Shown piece by piece: positions 12,430-25,649 of a stretch of DNA of 64,000 bases; positions within the stretch are counted from its first letter, which is position 1; each line of letters opens with the position of its first letter. Under the pieces are notes generated by a model that saw only the letters and a program-made list of their open reading frames with translations, was not told where the DNA came from and searched no databases. Both the position numbers and the translations under genes were made by a program. Source of the stretch: Podarcis cretensis (Eukaryota); assembly GCA_951804945.1 (NCBI GenBank), contig OX638158.1:43772001-43836000 (forward strand), in the 5' to 3' direction.

Positions 12430-13432
12430 AAGACATATTTTGTGAAGTTGAATCAGGTCGGCTTTATAGATATAGGAAATTTGCTTGGGTGAACAAATCA
12501 AAATTACTTCAAGATCAGTTGGTAAATTGGTTCAAGGACACCAATTATGATAATTTTATCATTAACTCTGACTCACTAATTCAGACAACCCTCTTTTTAT
12601 CTGCTTTTGGGCTATACATATTTACCTGTTTCCAAGGGAGCAATGTCTCAGATTTATAAGAGATGTGGAAAATATTTGAGTTTCCTGGGAAACAGACATT
12701 AGCTTGGTGTCAGAGAGCTAAAAACAAATATTGATCAAAATGTGTTGTGTGAGACAATATGTGCTAAAACTAAGGAGGTTATGTTTAAAGTGTTACATGG
12801 ATGGTACTTCATGTAAATTAGAATTAGAAATTATGGATGTTCAGAAAGCTCCCTAGTAGGTGCTGGAGAGTCAGTGATGTTCTGGGGTTAATTGTGTTAT
12901 ATGTGGTGGACATGCAATGTTGTTGCTTCATATTTTGGCATCTGACTTCCGCCGGGAAACATCCAGGATTACTAACCAAACCACAGCAGTTGATCCTGGA
13001 ATGACTCTTTCAAACTTTGTCTTAGATGATCTTCAAGATGTATTTCATAAGGCCTCTGTTGATACTCCCTCCTGTTCCCTGTCAAAGATGGCCTTCATGC
13101 ACCCTTTATATGCTCTAGTTAGTTCTTTTGATATCAAATTCTATGTTTGTGCAGTGATCACAGATTTTCATCCTTCAGAGTTCCTAATTTATTGCTAGCA
13201 TCATCCAGTAATCCAGTAGTGTTTAGTGTATGATCAGAGATCATACAATAAACACTACTTAAGATCAGGGTGACGTGTGTCTCTTCATTAGCTCTACATA
13301 GCCAATATTATAGTTTATTATCTTTGAGAATGTGGTCTTCTTCCTTTTCTATTACATTGTTTATGTTTTGTTTTGTTTTTGTACCTTTAAAAATGCATTT
13401 CTCAATAAAAATGTTTTGTTTGTTTTTTTAAA
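12430..13432 (+). mobile_element. Old, highly degenerate L1-clade 3' end
   Basis: Fragmentary ORF2 motifs KGAMSQIYK, WETDI, FKVLHGWY, CWR...YMWWTC (zinc knuckle) and ITNQT...DP, colinear with the young L1 at 23.0-23.5 kb. AATAAA at ~13404 and a T/A-rich tail. Confidence 0.65.
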
Positions 13433-14169
13433 GGAGGGCACCTAACAGAGTACATGTGTGCACTGTTGCATAGATTCTGAGAAAAGAATCTGGTTGTAGG
13501 AGATGTTTATAAAATAATTAATAATAAAATAATTAAATCAAGAGCAAGATGTTGCAGGTATTAGAGAATATCTGTCAGGTTAAAGCTGTATTTCACGCAA
13601 CTCTCACATCGTTCTTGTAATGGAAAAATGGATTGCACTTCAGAGATGTTCTGCTATTGCAAGTGAGGTAATCAGCTACAGATACAGCATATATTGTCCA
13701 GGCTAACTTGGCTATCGGCTGACTCATAAAGAATGATGTGACTGACACCAGCTGTTTAATAAGCCCAAGTATCCAACAGAAGAGAAGTGGGCAGAGAGGA
13801 AGGTGAGAGAAGCCACAAGGGAAAAGCAGATAAAGAGCTGTTTTTCTTGGAACAGAGTTTGCCTGACTGTGGAACTAAATCAAGCATATGATCTCATTTC
13901 TTGTTGATACCACATTACAAAATACAGGTTTGCAGTAGGTCAGTGCTATGCCATCTTTGGCAAAGCAATATGTCATGTACGTCTCTCCTTGAGAGATAAC
14001 AAGGTGGAATACTAAATGGCAATGCCATTTAAATTTAAAACAATAAAATTATAAGTTAAAAAGAGATAATTATGCTGGTTTCTTGTACCACTGCCCCAGA
14101 TATGCGAAACTGGGTCTTGATTTTTTAAAAATGATTTCCTATTAATGAATATACCAGTCATCATCATCA

Positions 14170-14460
14170 TCATTTATTATTTATACCCCCCCCCATCTGG
14201 CTGGGTTTCCCCAGCCACTCTGGGTGGCTTCCAACAAAATATTAAAATGCAATAGTCTGTTAAACATTAAAAGCTGCCCTAAACAGGGCTGCCTTCAGAT
14301 GTCTTCTAAAAGTCTGGTAGTTGTTTTTCTCTTTGACATCTGGTAGGTGCCACTACTGAGAAGGCCCTCTGCCTGGTTCCCTGTAACTTGGCTTCTCGCA
14401 GCGAGGGAACCACCAGAAGGCCCTTGGTGCTGGACCTCAGTGTCCGGGCAGAACGATGGG
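14170..14460 (-). mobile_element. L2 LINE 3' fragment
   Basis: Minus ORF GLLVVPSLREAKLQGTRQRAFSVVAP is an L2 ORF2 C-terminal motif. L2-type tail (reverse of GGGTATAAATAATAAA). Confidence 0.8.
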
Positions 14461-16233
14461 GGTGATGATAAGCAATACATTTACTTTGTTCAGTAGAACT
14501 AAATGGGATCCTATGAGAACCCAGCCAGCCCAATCTGCCTTTCCAACTTTTCTACATAGACCCTTGGTCAGGATAGCTCCATTCTTTATTTGTAAAGCTC
14601 CATCCCGGAGTCCATCTCTCAGCCATACCACAGGGTGACAGCACCCAAGAACTGGCTGTCCTACATTACTGTTGCTATAGCAATTCTCAGCCTATTGTTA
14701 GTTGCCACATCAGTATCTGCTGAGTTAGTGCATGAGATTCTAAGGGGTCTTCACACTCAACCAGAATCTGTCTTCCTCTGGGGAAAACGAGGCATGGCAA
14801 AGTCTGCAGCATCTTTGAAATATGATTAATTTACACTGGAAATTTTCCATAGAGAGAGATTTCACAGTATCTGCATCTCATGAGGACCCTGTCCTTCACA
14901 CCACCCCAGCAATGGATTCCCAGACATCTCTGTCCCTTCAGTCAGACTTCCAAGATGGTTCTGGCCTTCACAGCAGCTCATGGAGATATCCCCCTTCCCC
15001 CCTCCTCTAAATTTTAAAAGGACACATTTTTCCTGTGTGGCATCATGCCTCCAATAACCTCTGCCTCCCAAACTCTTCTATTTACCCTCAGGCAGAGGGC
15101 CAATGACTGGCCATTGTCCGGTAACTGCACCTTGACGGCTCTTCCTAACAGGCAATTTCTTAGTTTCGCTTGCATGTTAAATTTAATATCCAGCATCTTC
15201 CCTTCAATACTCCAAGTATTATCTAAATTCTTCCATTCATTAATATCCAACATTCCCTAACTCTAGCAGTTATGGGTCACCTTGCACCCCCAAACTCTTC
15301 TACACTGTTAATAATATGGTTCATTACAGTTCTTAATTACTCCTTTCAACAAAAGCCTAAGTGAGAGATGAGCCTGAGGGCTAGTGACTTGTTCAAAACC
15401 ATCTGGGGCACTTCATAGCTAAAGAGCGACTTGACCTTGGTTCTGCCATCAAGCAAGCCAAATCTTTGTCCAGTGCAACACGCCATATTTCAAACACACT
15501 GTTTCAAGCATTACCTCTTTGGTTGCTTGGAGGCTTATTGGGCCTAATCTGATTACGCAATAACCTGTGTTGTATCACCAGACATAGATATGTTTATTAT
15601 ACAGAATGGCACTATTAACTTTGTAATCAGAAAGATTCATGCAAATACCTTCAAACCAGAGCTGCACATTATAAATGGTATATCATGTGCCCAATTAACT
15701 TAGCAATACAAACAATTTCCTCGGTTTCCCGGGAGAGACCTCTTTATTCCCTACTTTTAAAAAGCAAGGTTTGTATCTTGCCTGTGTTGGTTTTCTGTTA
15801 AATTCACATTTCATTGAATTAATTGTATGGTTGGGCTTTTGGATTAATAGACAACTGTACTGGTGAAAATCCTTCTTTCCTGAAACAAGCATATTGTAAT
15901 AAGAACATATGTGATAGTCTTGTATGTGGCCTTGAGAAAGTCTGCAGTACAATTTTATTTCTCCCACCACCTTTTTTTTTTTAAAAAATAGAACATTCTG
16001 TGTAATATTTAACAGAAGGAATTCTGAAGACAATGTTAGAATTGCTTTTTCTTTTTGAAAATAGTTTTATTGAATTTCTTATATAATAGTGTATCAGTAT
16101 TACATCACTTTGCCAACCTTGTGCACTCTGGATGGTGCTGATGGGAATTGTTATCCAAAACATCTGGAAGGTGATTGATGAAGGCTGTTTTACTAGCTTA
16201 GGTTGCAATCCTAACCCTGCTTGCCTGGAAGTA

Positions 16234-16413
16234 CCGTATTTACTCGAGTCTAATGCACCATCGAATCTAATGTGCACCTCAATTTTCAGAACCTTGAAAC
16301 CAAAAATGTATTTGCTGATGAATGTAAATGTGTCACCAAATCTAACGCACACCTTACTTTTTGAAAAGTAATTTGGCAAAAAAAAGGTGAGCATTAGATT
16401 TGAATAAATCCAG
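16234..16413. mobile_element. Tc1/mariner (pogo-like) MITE inserted in a short palindromic repeat
   Basis: TIR CCGTATTTACTCGAGTCTAATGC / GCATTAGATTTGAATAAATCCAG, flanked by TA on both sides. Confidence 0.75.
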
Positions 16414-19219
16414 TAATTCTATGGGACTTACTTCACAGTAGACAGGGTTAGGATTGTGTTAGGACATAACCTAGAATTACTGTTCCCCTGAAGAGGATAA
16501 AACTGCTCTTATTTCTGTCATCTGAAGAGCAACCTGACTGCCTTTGTTCATTAAGCTATTTTAAAGTGTATACTTTTAGTATTTTGCTTGTTTCTATGTT
16601 ACTTATTTAGATATCAGTGGCAAACGGATCTGACACATTTGGTGCGTTGTTAGAGTAAGCAGTTATTCAGTGAAGCAGAAAATCAAATAAATTGTAGCAC
16701 ACTGAATTATTCATATAATTTATCTGCTGACTTGAGAGATAATTACTATTGCCGGAAGAACGATTGCCAGTTTGGTGTGATATAACATGGTATCGTCTAA
16801 TGAAAACGGACAGAAATGGGATTTCACCCCCTCTTCAATCTAAGAATAAAAGTTATGAATAAAGGCTGGGTATTTTTTTACTGTTTTTTTTTTTTAAAGT
16901 ATTGGGGCTTGTTCTCTTAATGAGCTGTAACTGGAATTGTTTGGCTGTGATGTCAATGTCAATCAAAGCTTTTGCTTGGAGCACAAACTACCATCTGCTC
17001 CTCTTGGAGCAGACATGAGCAACTGTCTCTCCGACATAATAGAAGCAAGTGTCAAACCCATTCAAAGAAAGAAAAACAAAAACAATAGTATCTTGCCGAG
17101 GAGGGTGGGGCAGGCATGGAAGACCTATATTTTAACATACATAGAGGTTGAATGAGGCACCGCTTGGCTAGCTTCCCAGATGCTCCAAATATTCTAATGA
17201 AAACCATACAACTTATTTAGAAAGCCAGAACCAATTTCTTGTACTGTGACCCTTTCCAACTTCCATGTGATATTCCATTGTTGTTGGGTTTGGTTTTTTG
17301 CATGCATGCATATGAACATTACACAGAAAGAGTAGCCCTAATTGGGTGCTTTTCTCTACATATGTGTAACATCATGTGGAGACATAATAGGGCCACGTGC
17401 AAGAGCCCACTCTGTTGTTCTATTCCCTTCTGGCTGTACCTCATGCTGGGGGAAGATCTGGAGAGGAAAGCCTGCGGAACATTAATAGGCTGCCTGTCTG
17501 ATTGGTGCTCAACAGGCTTCCGCATTCAAGCCACCCCAAAATGTGTGAACTGCAAGAGGGTGAAGCCATCCAGGAATGTAGCAGCTATCTCTCTTGGGAT
17601 GGGTGCTGGACTTTGAGGCACAGAGCTGATATTGGGCCCTGCCACTATCCTTCCCCAACTAGGGCAGGGCAGGGCACAGCTGAGCTTGGTCCTACTAGAA
17701 TGTGACATTCGCTGCTGGGGAAAAAATATATCTGAGGCTCCCCTAGTGAATGACAGCACAGTTGGGTCAGGCCACTCTATAGCCCTTGGCCAGTGCCTGA
17801 CTTGCTTGCTAGTTTGTGCTGAATCTGAACTCTCCGTGCAGTGTTACTTGGGTGGAGACCAAAAGCTTTGCTTAGAGCCTGAGGGATTAAGCGATGCATG
17901 AGGATGGGTCCCTAGATCTGGTACTCTCCAGATCCTGTGTTGGTGCTGCGTTTTGCTTACTGTACCACTGTGGTTTGTTTTGATTTCTCTCCCACCCAAT
18001 GCTGAGCTGCCGGACTGCAAATAATAGGGTGGTGGTGTCACAAGGGAAGGAATCTGCCACTTGGGATATTCTAGCATCAGTATTTGCTCTGTTTTTATAA
18101 CCACTAAAAGACCACTGGGAGCTGATGCTTCCAGAAATATGAACTGGAACCTTAGAACCCAATCCTATCCAAATTTGCTCAAAAGTAAAGTCCCTCTGAA
18201 TTTAGTGAGAACTTGCTCCCAAATTTGTCCATGGGATTGCTGTAGTCTTAGTCTGACAGTCATTTTATTGACATCCCAGTTGCAGTGTGGCCATGTTGGC
18301 ACCTATTTGGAGGGCTGGAAGCACATCAGAGCATATTTTCCACCCACTGATCCTTGATTGGCTAACTAGGCTTGGCTCCAGAAGTTCTCTAGCCCTATAG
18401 CAACAGAACCAAAATGAAAGTTGATGCATGAGGCAAGAACTAGCAAGTTCTTTTTGAAACTTTGTCTGTGTGCTGCAACAGCCAGAATTTTAAGATGTCG
18501 CAAGGGCCTGAAAACTAGAAACAAGATTATTTAGACAAAACCAAACTAAGCCATGTTGATGCTCCCCTGAAATGGTTAAAGGCAGTAGAGAAAAAGCAAA
18601 ACTGAGATGAATAGGCTGAGACAGATTTTCTAATCTGAGCAAACAAATCAACATTTACTGGGAAGTAACCAATGCTCAGGGGGATATGCATTGCAGGGGG
18701 AGGGGATGTCTTCACCCTTCTGCCATGCCTGAAAATGCTGCCATTAAGGTGGGGGCAGGGAGACAGTCAACCTTGGAACTGATGCTGAAAAACAAACCGA
18801 AAGACCTGACTTGCTCTCTGTGTGCGTTTCTTTGCTATAGCACCATGGAGCTCCTTTAAAAAACTAACATGGCAGCCAGATCTGTGGGAATATTAACAAT
18901 GGGAACCTTCCACCTTATTCTCAGGCCTGCACATATGTATAAATAAGCCTTATGTCAGAGGAAAAGCCAGCGGCTTTTAGTGGCCTTCATTCCAAGGAAA
19001 CCAAAGCCAAGGTATGTATTGGCATCCCTGAGATATTTTTCCATGTGGAGACTGGAGTGCATGTAAGAAGCACCATTTGTTTAGAAGCATGACAACTCTG
19101 GGATGTTGGAAGAGGGGTTTTCACGGGATGATGTGAGATTTCTTGAGAACTTTATGCAGGTGGGAAGGCTGCCAGCACAAGAGTCTTGGCTGGCAGAGTC
19201 TTGGCACAAGAGTCTTGGA

Positions 19220-19903
19220 ATGTTAGAGATGAATAAAACTCAGGAGGAGGTTCTGGATGCAATTGCGATGAATGAACTGAGACAGAGGGAAACCAACCTG
19301 AGGCTGAGAGCTATACCAGAGACACAGGGGGAGAATATCAAGGAGAAATTGATTAAAGAGCTGGCGCAATGGTTAGAGATGGAACCAGACGAGGTTGCAA
19401 AAACAGTTCAAAGTGCATTCAGAATGAGAGTGAAATCAGTCAAAACACGAAAATTCCCTGGAGATTGTTTAATAACATTCAGAGACAGGGACATGAGGAA
19501 TTTGATATTACAGAAGAACAGAGAAAAAAGATTAAACATTGATGGGAGTTACATTATTGTCTTTAAAGACATACCAATAAGACTACTGAAACGAAGAGAT
19601 CCCTATAAATCATTTGCTCAAATTCTTAAGAGAAACAACATTGAATTTAGATGGGAGTTTCCCGAAGGAATTTCTTTCTTTTATAAAACCAAGAAACATC
19701 GATTGACAAGTCCGGAGGAGACAAGTAAGTTCCTGAGGAAATACAAGGAACTAAGAATAGAAGAAGAGGAGGAAAGAGGAGCTGTCGGAGGAGTAGCCAT
19801 GGGAGGAGCAGAACCAAAGGACACCGGTGATGAGAACGGGGAAAAGTCGGAAGAAGAAGAAGAAGTAGAGGAACAAGAAGAAGAAGAGGAAGAAGAGAAA
19901 TAA
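19220..19903 (+). CDS. L1 ORF1p, C-terminal half (RRM and CTD) with acidic tail; 5'-truncated
   Basis: RETNLRLRAIPE (RRM start), IIVFKDIP...KRRD...LKRNNIEFRWEFP (CTD), then a poly-Glu tail. The first ~39 aa of the 19103 ORF call lie outside the element. Confidence 0.85.
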   Translation: MLEMNKTQEEVLDAIAMNELRQRETNLRLRAIPETQGENIKEKLIKELAQWLEMEPDEVAKTVQSAFRMRVKSVKTRKFPGDCLITFRDRDMRNLILQKNREKRLNIDGSYIIVFKDIPIRLLKRRDPYKSFAQILKRNNIEFRWEFPEGISFFYKTKKHRLTSPEETSKFLRKYKELRIEEEEERGAVGGVAMGGAEPKDTGDENGEKSEEEEEVEEQEEEEEEEK

Positions 19904-19937
19904 ATATTTTAAAATATATATTTAATTTGGAGTTACA

Positions 19938-22900
19938 ATGGCATTAAAAATTGTGAATTGGAACATTAATGGGATGAATGATAGGAATAAAAGGAATAAA
20001 ATTGAACAATGTTTAAAAAAGAAGAATGTGGATATAATCTGTTTGCAAGAAACACACGTGGCAAGAAAACACAGGAAAATGTTGATCAACAAAAGATTAG
20101 GAAATGAATTCATATCTTCCGACAAAACTAAGAAGAGAGGGGTTGTAATATATGTAAAGAACAAAATTGAGGCTCAACAACTCTTTAAAGACGAAGAAGG
20201 AAGAATTATTGCAGTCCAGATCAAATGGCAAGGGGAAAAAATAATAATTGTCGGGATCTACGCACCTAATGGAAATAAAGCAGACTTTTTCAAGAATTTG
20301 GAGGGAAAACTGTTCGATTATGTAGACCAAAAGATCATTATAATGGGGGATTTCAACGGTGTGGTGTCAATGGAGATGGATAGACTAAGAGTGGCTGGGC
20401 TCAGCAAGGAAGGAAAATTACCAAAGACGTTTTTTACAATGGTAAAAAACTGTAATTTGATTGATATCTGGAGATTGAGACACCCACTTGAAAAACAATT
20501 TACATTTTATTCGGACCCGAACCAATCAATGTCGAGAATAGACCAAACATGGGTCTCAAATGAATTAACCCCAAGAATCAGACAAATAGAAATCCAACCG
20601 AGAACAATTTCAGACCATAGCCCAATAGAATTGGAGTTACAAGGATATGAAGAAAGAACTTTTAGATGGAGAATGAATGATTACCTCCTGGATGATCAAA
20701 AAATTGTGGAAAAAGCACAGAAGAATTTGATGGATTATTTTGTAAACAATTCCAATAAAGGTATTAAAATGAGCACAGTTTGGGATGCCAGCAAAGCGGT
20801 TATGAGAGGATTTTTTATTCAAAAAAATGCAATTAAGAATAAAAATAGAGAAAAAGGGAAGAAGGAAATTCTAAGACAATTAATGGACAATGAGCAGAAA
20901 TTAGTTAAGAGGCCGAATAATGTGAAAGTCAAGCAGAATATAAAGGCCTTACAAGCTCAGTTTGCAATGATAATTAACAGAGAAGTGGAATGGAATATAA
21001 AAAAAATGAGACAAAGGAATTTCGAATCGGCTAATAAATCAGGAAAATTGCTGGCATGGCAGATCAAAAAGAGGAAGGAACAGAATACTATTAATAAAAT
21101 CATCGTGGAGGGACAAGAGATAGACAACCCAAAAGGCATCAGAAAAGGATTTACGGATTTCTACAGACATCTGTATAAAAGAACAGAAAAGAACAACATG
21201 AGGAAGATAGAAAGATATTTGAAAGAAAAAAAGGTGCAGAAGATCCCGACAGAAAAAAAAGAAAGGCTGAATACCCCAATAGAAATTAGTGAAATAAAAG
21301 AAGTTATAAAAGAACTTAAAAGAGGGAAGGCCCCGGGGCCAGATGGATTTACAGCACGTTATTACAAAGAAATGAAACACGTCATGTCAGTACCTTTGAA
21401 AGAAGTTATGGACAATATTCTTAAGAAGAAAGAAATCCCTGAAACATGGAAAGAAGCGTTTATTACTTTTATTCCAAAACAAGATTCGGATTTGACACAA
21501 GTTAAAAACTACAGGCCAATATCATTGTTAAATACAGACTATAAAATCTTTGCGAGTATTTTGGCAAGGAGAATTAAAACAATATTACAAGAAGTTATTC
21601 ATAAAGATCAAGCAGGTTTCTTGCCTGGCAGACAGATGAAAGATAATATAAGGAATATAATTAATATTTTGGAATATTTGACTGCCAGAAATGAGAAACA
21701 AGCAATGTTAATATTTGTGGACGCAGAAAAGGCCTTTGACAATATATCATGGGACTTTATGTTAAGAAATCTGGAATTTATGGAGGTGGGGAAGGAATTT
21801 TTTAATGGAATAAAAGCAATTTATACCGAACAAAGAGCTAAGTTAATAGTAAACAATGTGATACGGAAGAAATAGGGATAAGCAAAGGTACGCGGCAGGG
21901 GTGTCCACTTTCACCACTGTTATTCATCATGGTCCTAGAAGTCTTTCTAAATACTATAAGAGAAAATAAAGAAATAAAAGGGGTAGAATTAGGCCGGAAT
22001 GAGTACAAGGTTAAAGCCTTTGCCGATGATCCGTTTTAACGGTGGAAGAACCTCTAGAGAGTACTAAAAATATTCTGGAAGAGGTGGAGAGATTTGGCCA
22101 AGTAGCAGGTTTTAAACTAAATAAGAGAAAGACTAAAATAATTGCTAAGAATATGGACCAAGAAACGATAGAGACAATGCAACAGCAAATAGGAATAGAA
22201 ATAGTGAAGAAGGTGAAATATCTTGGTATATGGTTAACTCCAAAGAACATTGATTTATATCAGAATAATTATATACCAGTGTGGAACGGAATAAAGAAAG
22301 ATCTGGAGGTGTGGGGACGAATGAAACTATCGATGTGGGGAAGGATTTCAACGATAAAGATGAGCGTTCTGCCAAAATTATTGTTTTTGTTCCAAACAAT
22401 TCCAGTAATCAGAGGGACGGCTATTTTTAAGGAATGGCAAAGATCAATTTCAAGGTATATTTGGCAGGGTAAGAAGCCAAGAATTCAATTTAAATTACTA
22501 ACAGACGCGAAAGAAAGAGGAGGCTTCGCCCTGCCAGACCTGAAATTATATTATGAAGCAGCATGTCTCTGCTGGTTGAAGGAATGGATAAAATTAGACA
22601 ATATAGAGTTGTTAGACTTAGAAGGATTTGATAATAGATTTGGGTGGCACGCATATTTATGGTCTGGAAAGAAGGTCATATAGGCTTTGAGAACCACATT
22701 TTCCGAAGATCGTTGAAAGAAGTGTGGGATAGGTATAAAAACCTACTCGAGCCAAAAACTCCTCACTGGTTGTCCCCACTAGAGGTTATGAGTGTTAAAA
22801 AAATCAATATGAGGAAAAATTGGATTACATATGGAGAGTTAATCGTTAAAGAAGGGGGGAGATGGAAAATGAAACCTTATGAAGAGGTAAAAGAGCATGT

Positions 22901-23690
22901 ATATGACTGGTTGCATTATTTACAAACAAATGAAATGTTTAAGAAGGATTTTAAGGAATATGGATATGCGGAGTCAAAATTTCAAATGGAGATAATAAAC
23001 AATGAATTTAAGATATTATCTAAAATGTACAAAATCCTGCTAGAATGGCACACAAAAGATGAGGAAATTAAATCGGTTATGATAAAATGGGCCAAAGATT
23101 TTGGATATAATATACAAATGGATGATTGGATTAAATTATGGAATGAAAATATGAAATTTACTGCATGTACAGCATTAAAAGAGAATATAATGAAAATGAT
23201 GTATAGATGGTACCTTACACCGGTGAAACTTGCAAAAATGTATAAAACATGTAAAAAATGTTGGAAATGTAAAGAAAAGGATGGCACTTTTTACCATATG
23301 TGGTGGGAATGTAAAAAAGTGAAGAGCTTCTGGGAGTTGGTTTATAATGAACTGAAAAAAATGTTGAAATATACATTTGTTAAGAAACCAGAGGCTTTTC
23401 TTTTAGGAATTATAAGAAATGAAATAAATAGAAAGGATTGTAAACTTTTCCAATATGCAGTAACAGCGGCGAGAATATTACTGGCCCAGAACTGGAAACA
23501 AGAACAAGTACCAACAATAGAGGAGTGGAGAGCAAAGTTGATGGACTATGCAGAACTGGACAAATTGACAGGGAAGATCAGATATCTACGAGATCAAAAG
23601 TTTATCGAGGACTGGAGAAAGTTGGTGGACTATTGGGAAGACATAAGTGATAGTGAAATAACGTTAGTGGCATTTAAAGAAGCTCTGTAA
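19938..23690 (+). pseudogene. L1 ORF2p (APE endonuclease, reverse transcriptase, zinc knuckle) split by three 1-bp deletions
   Basis: Endonuclease motifs WNING, CLQET, YAPN, GDFN, SRID, SDH. RT motifs [42 protein letters not shown]. Knuckle CWKC...HMWWEC. Frameshifts near 21863, 22031 and 22677. Confidence 0.95.
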
Positions 23691-25344
23691 AAGTCAAAGA
23701 GATATTGCAAAAAAGAAAAACAGTTTTTAAAAGGTTATTTGAAAGGCAATAGTGAAGTTAAGAACTGTGTAACTAAAAATCAAATTCGGATGATTGTCAG
23801 AGAGGCTGAGGGAAGTCCAAAATTGGAAAATTTGTTAAAGCTGAAAATGTGATATGTTATATATTTTTATTGTGGAAATTAATAAAAATTATTTAAAAAA
23901 AAAAAAAGAGTCTTGGCCACCTGATGGTTGGCCTGTGAACTTCCCACCCACCCTTGGTACTAGTGCTTCACTGGGCCCTTGGGTTGGTGGTTGACAAGGC
24001 TGGAAAGGAATTTTACTCCCTATCTCAGTTGGCTCTGGGCTGGGAGTTTTCCCTCCCTGATCTTCATAACTTTTGTTAGGTGTCCATAAACGTGCAGCAT
24101 GACTTTGGGCAGAGTGGCATTAGTCAGGATTAAACATAAGAGGATCCCCTCAAGCAGTCTTGTGGAGTAAAACATGGTGTGGTGTAGCCACTTCTGGAGA
24201 AAAATAAACCAGAATCAATGGAATCTTATGGTGGTTTGATCATAGAGCTTTTCATACTTTTTCCCATAAAAGAATATTGCATCGACTGGAACTTTCTAGG
24301 ACTGATGGTAACTATGGCTATCGCCAAATATTCCATCTAGGCCTTCATCGGCTCCATTTACAGAGAATCATATAAGCATTATTTCTCAAGCCAGTAATAA
24401 AAAAAAATTCCTCTTGATCTGCTGGGATGGCAGGATGTACTCATGCCCTGGTTAAAACCTATAAAACTCCTTAAATAAACAGAAAAAGTTGAGGATATCG
24501 CAGCGATTTTCCTCGTAGATGCTTTCTTATGGCAACATAATCCTGTTACATTAAACAAACTCTCCAAATTGACTGTAATATAAACAGAGAGCTTTTCTCT
24601 TCATTTACGTTAATCTTATTCAGTTGCTGACTTTTCACACTAATGTGAACAAAAGGATAAAGAATTTTTAAAACCTGCTCAAGGAAAAATGACAGGCTGT
24701 GGACTCTTCTCCTTTACTCCTGGGCAGCGTGTATAGCAGGGCAGTTTCAGGATCTACGTTGCTTTTTGCTAGTTCCACCAACAAAAGCCAGGTGCAAAAT
24801 ACGGGGGACAGGCAGACATTAAGGAATAAGGTGCCTCTGAGCACGTGGTCAGTCCAAGAATATGTGCCCAAGCAAACTAATGGGGGAAAGCAGCTTTTTA
24901 GTAGCTGGTATTGCTAGACAATTGGAAATCAGAAATGCTATAATTCTCTCAGAGATCTACCACCATATCCTGATCCATCCTCTCCCCATCCATAATAAGC
25001 CAAGTGCCCCTGATTGCAAGGGACACCTGTGAATTTAATAAAATTTCAGTGTATTTTTGGAAAATTCATTCAATGTATTTTATTAATTAAGATGCTATAA
25101 TTGAAGCTGTGGGTGCAAACCTGTGCAGAATTATGTTTGTGTAATACCAACTAAACTCAGTAAGGCATACTATGCATGTTTACTCAAAAGTACTATTAAG
25201 ATGGAACCTCAATCCCTTTGTTTTTAGTGGAGCAGGATTGCATTCGCACAGGGTTGCCAGCTTGGCACTTACAGGTACTATAGTGCTTGCGAAGGCTTTC
25301 ACTGGTGCCCATGAGCTGGTGACTGGATCTTTCTTTCTTTCATA

Positions 25345-25441
25345 ATTGAAATAAAATAAAATTCCTTCCAGTAGCACCTTAGAGACAAACTAAGTTTGTT
25401 ATTGGTATGAGCTCTTGTGTGCATGCACACTTCTTCAGATA
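25345..25441 (-). mobile_element. Penelope-like terminal fragment with a mutated hammerhead core
   Basis: Near-identical to 53730-53808, but GAAA is changed to AAGA. Confidence 0.8.
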
Positions 25442-25603
25442 ACTTTCTTTTGTAATTTAGCTTTCTGAGAAATAAATTTATGAAGCAAAATGTGCAGGAA
25501 CCTTCTAAGTGATTTCTGTGAAAGGAGAAGGAATGTGATGTAGCCACCTTGAGGTTTACCCCCCTAGAACTGAGGAATGCTCTCTGCTACTATTAAACAG
25601 CAA

Positions 25604-25606
<3 letters not shown>

Positions 25607-25644
<38 letters not shown>
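25607..25644. repeat. (GT)n microsatellite
   Basis: Direct reading. Confidence 0.95.

Positions 25645-25649
<5 letters not shown>

Larger units (their letters stand above)
19219..23905 (+). mobile_element. Young 5'-truncated L1-clade LINE (~4.7 kb)
   Basis: Partial ORF1, ORF2, 3' UTR, AATAAA (23881) and poly(A). Flanked by AAGAGTCTTGG (19208-19218, also 19179-19189 / 23906-23916). Confidence 0.95.

Noticed and set aside
14470-15300. Possible decayed retroelement ORF (esterase-like) on the minus strand
   Set aside because: The resemblance is only vague, with no diagnostic motif I can defend. It needs a profile search.
22644-22680. Separate third L1 ORF starting MARIFMVW
   Set aside because: This is a frameshift artefact. 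The downstream protein is the ORF2 C-terminus.
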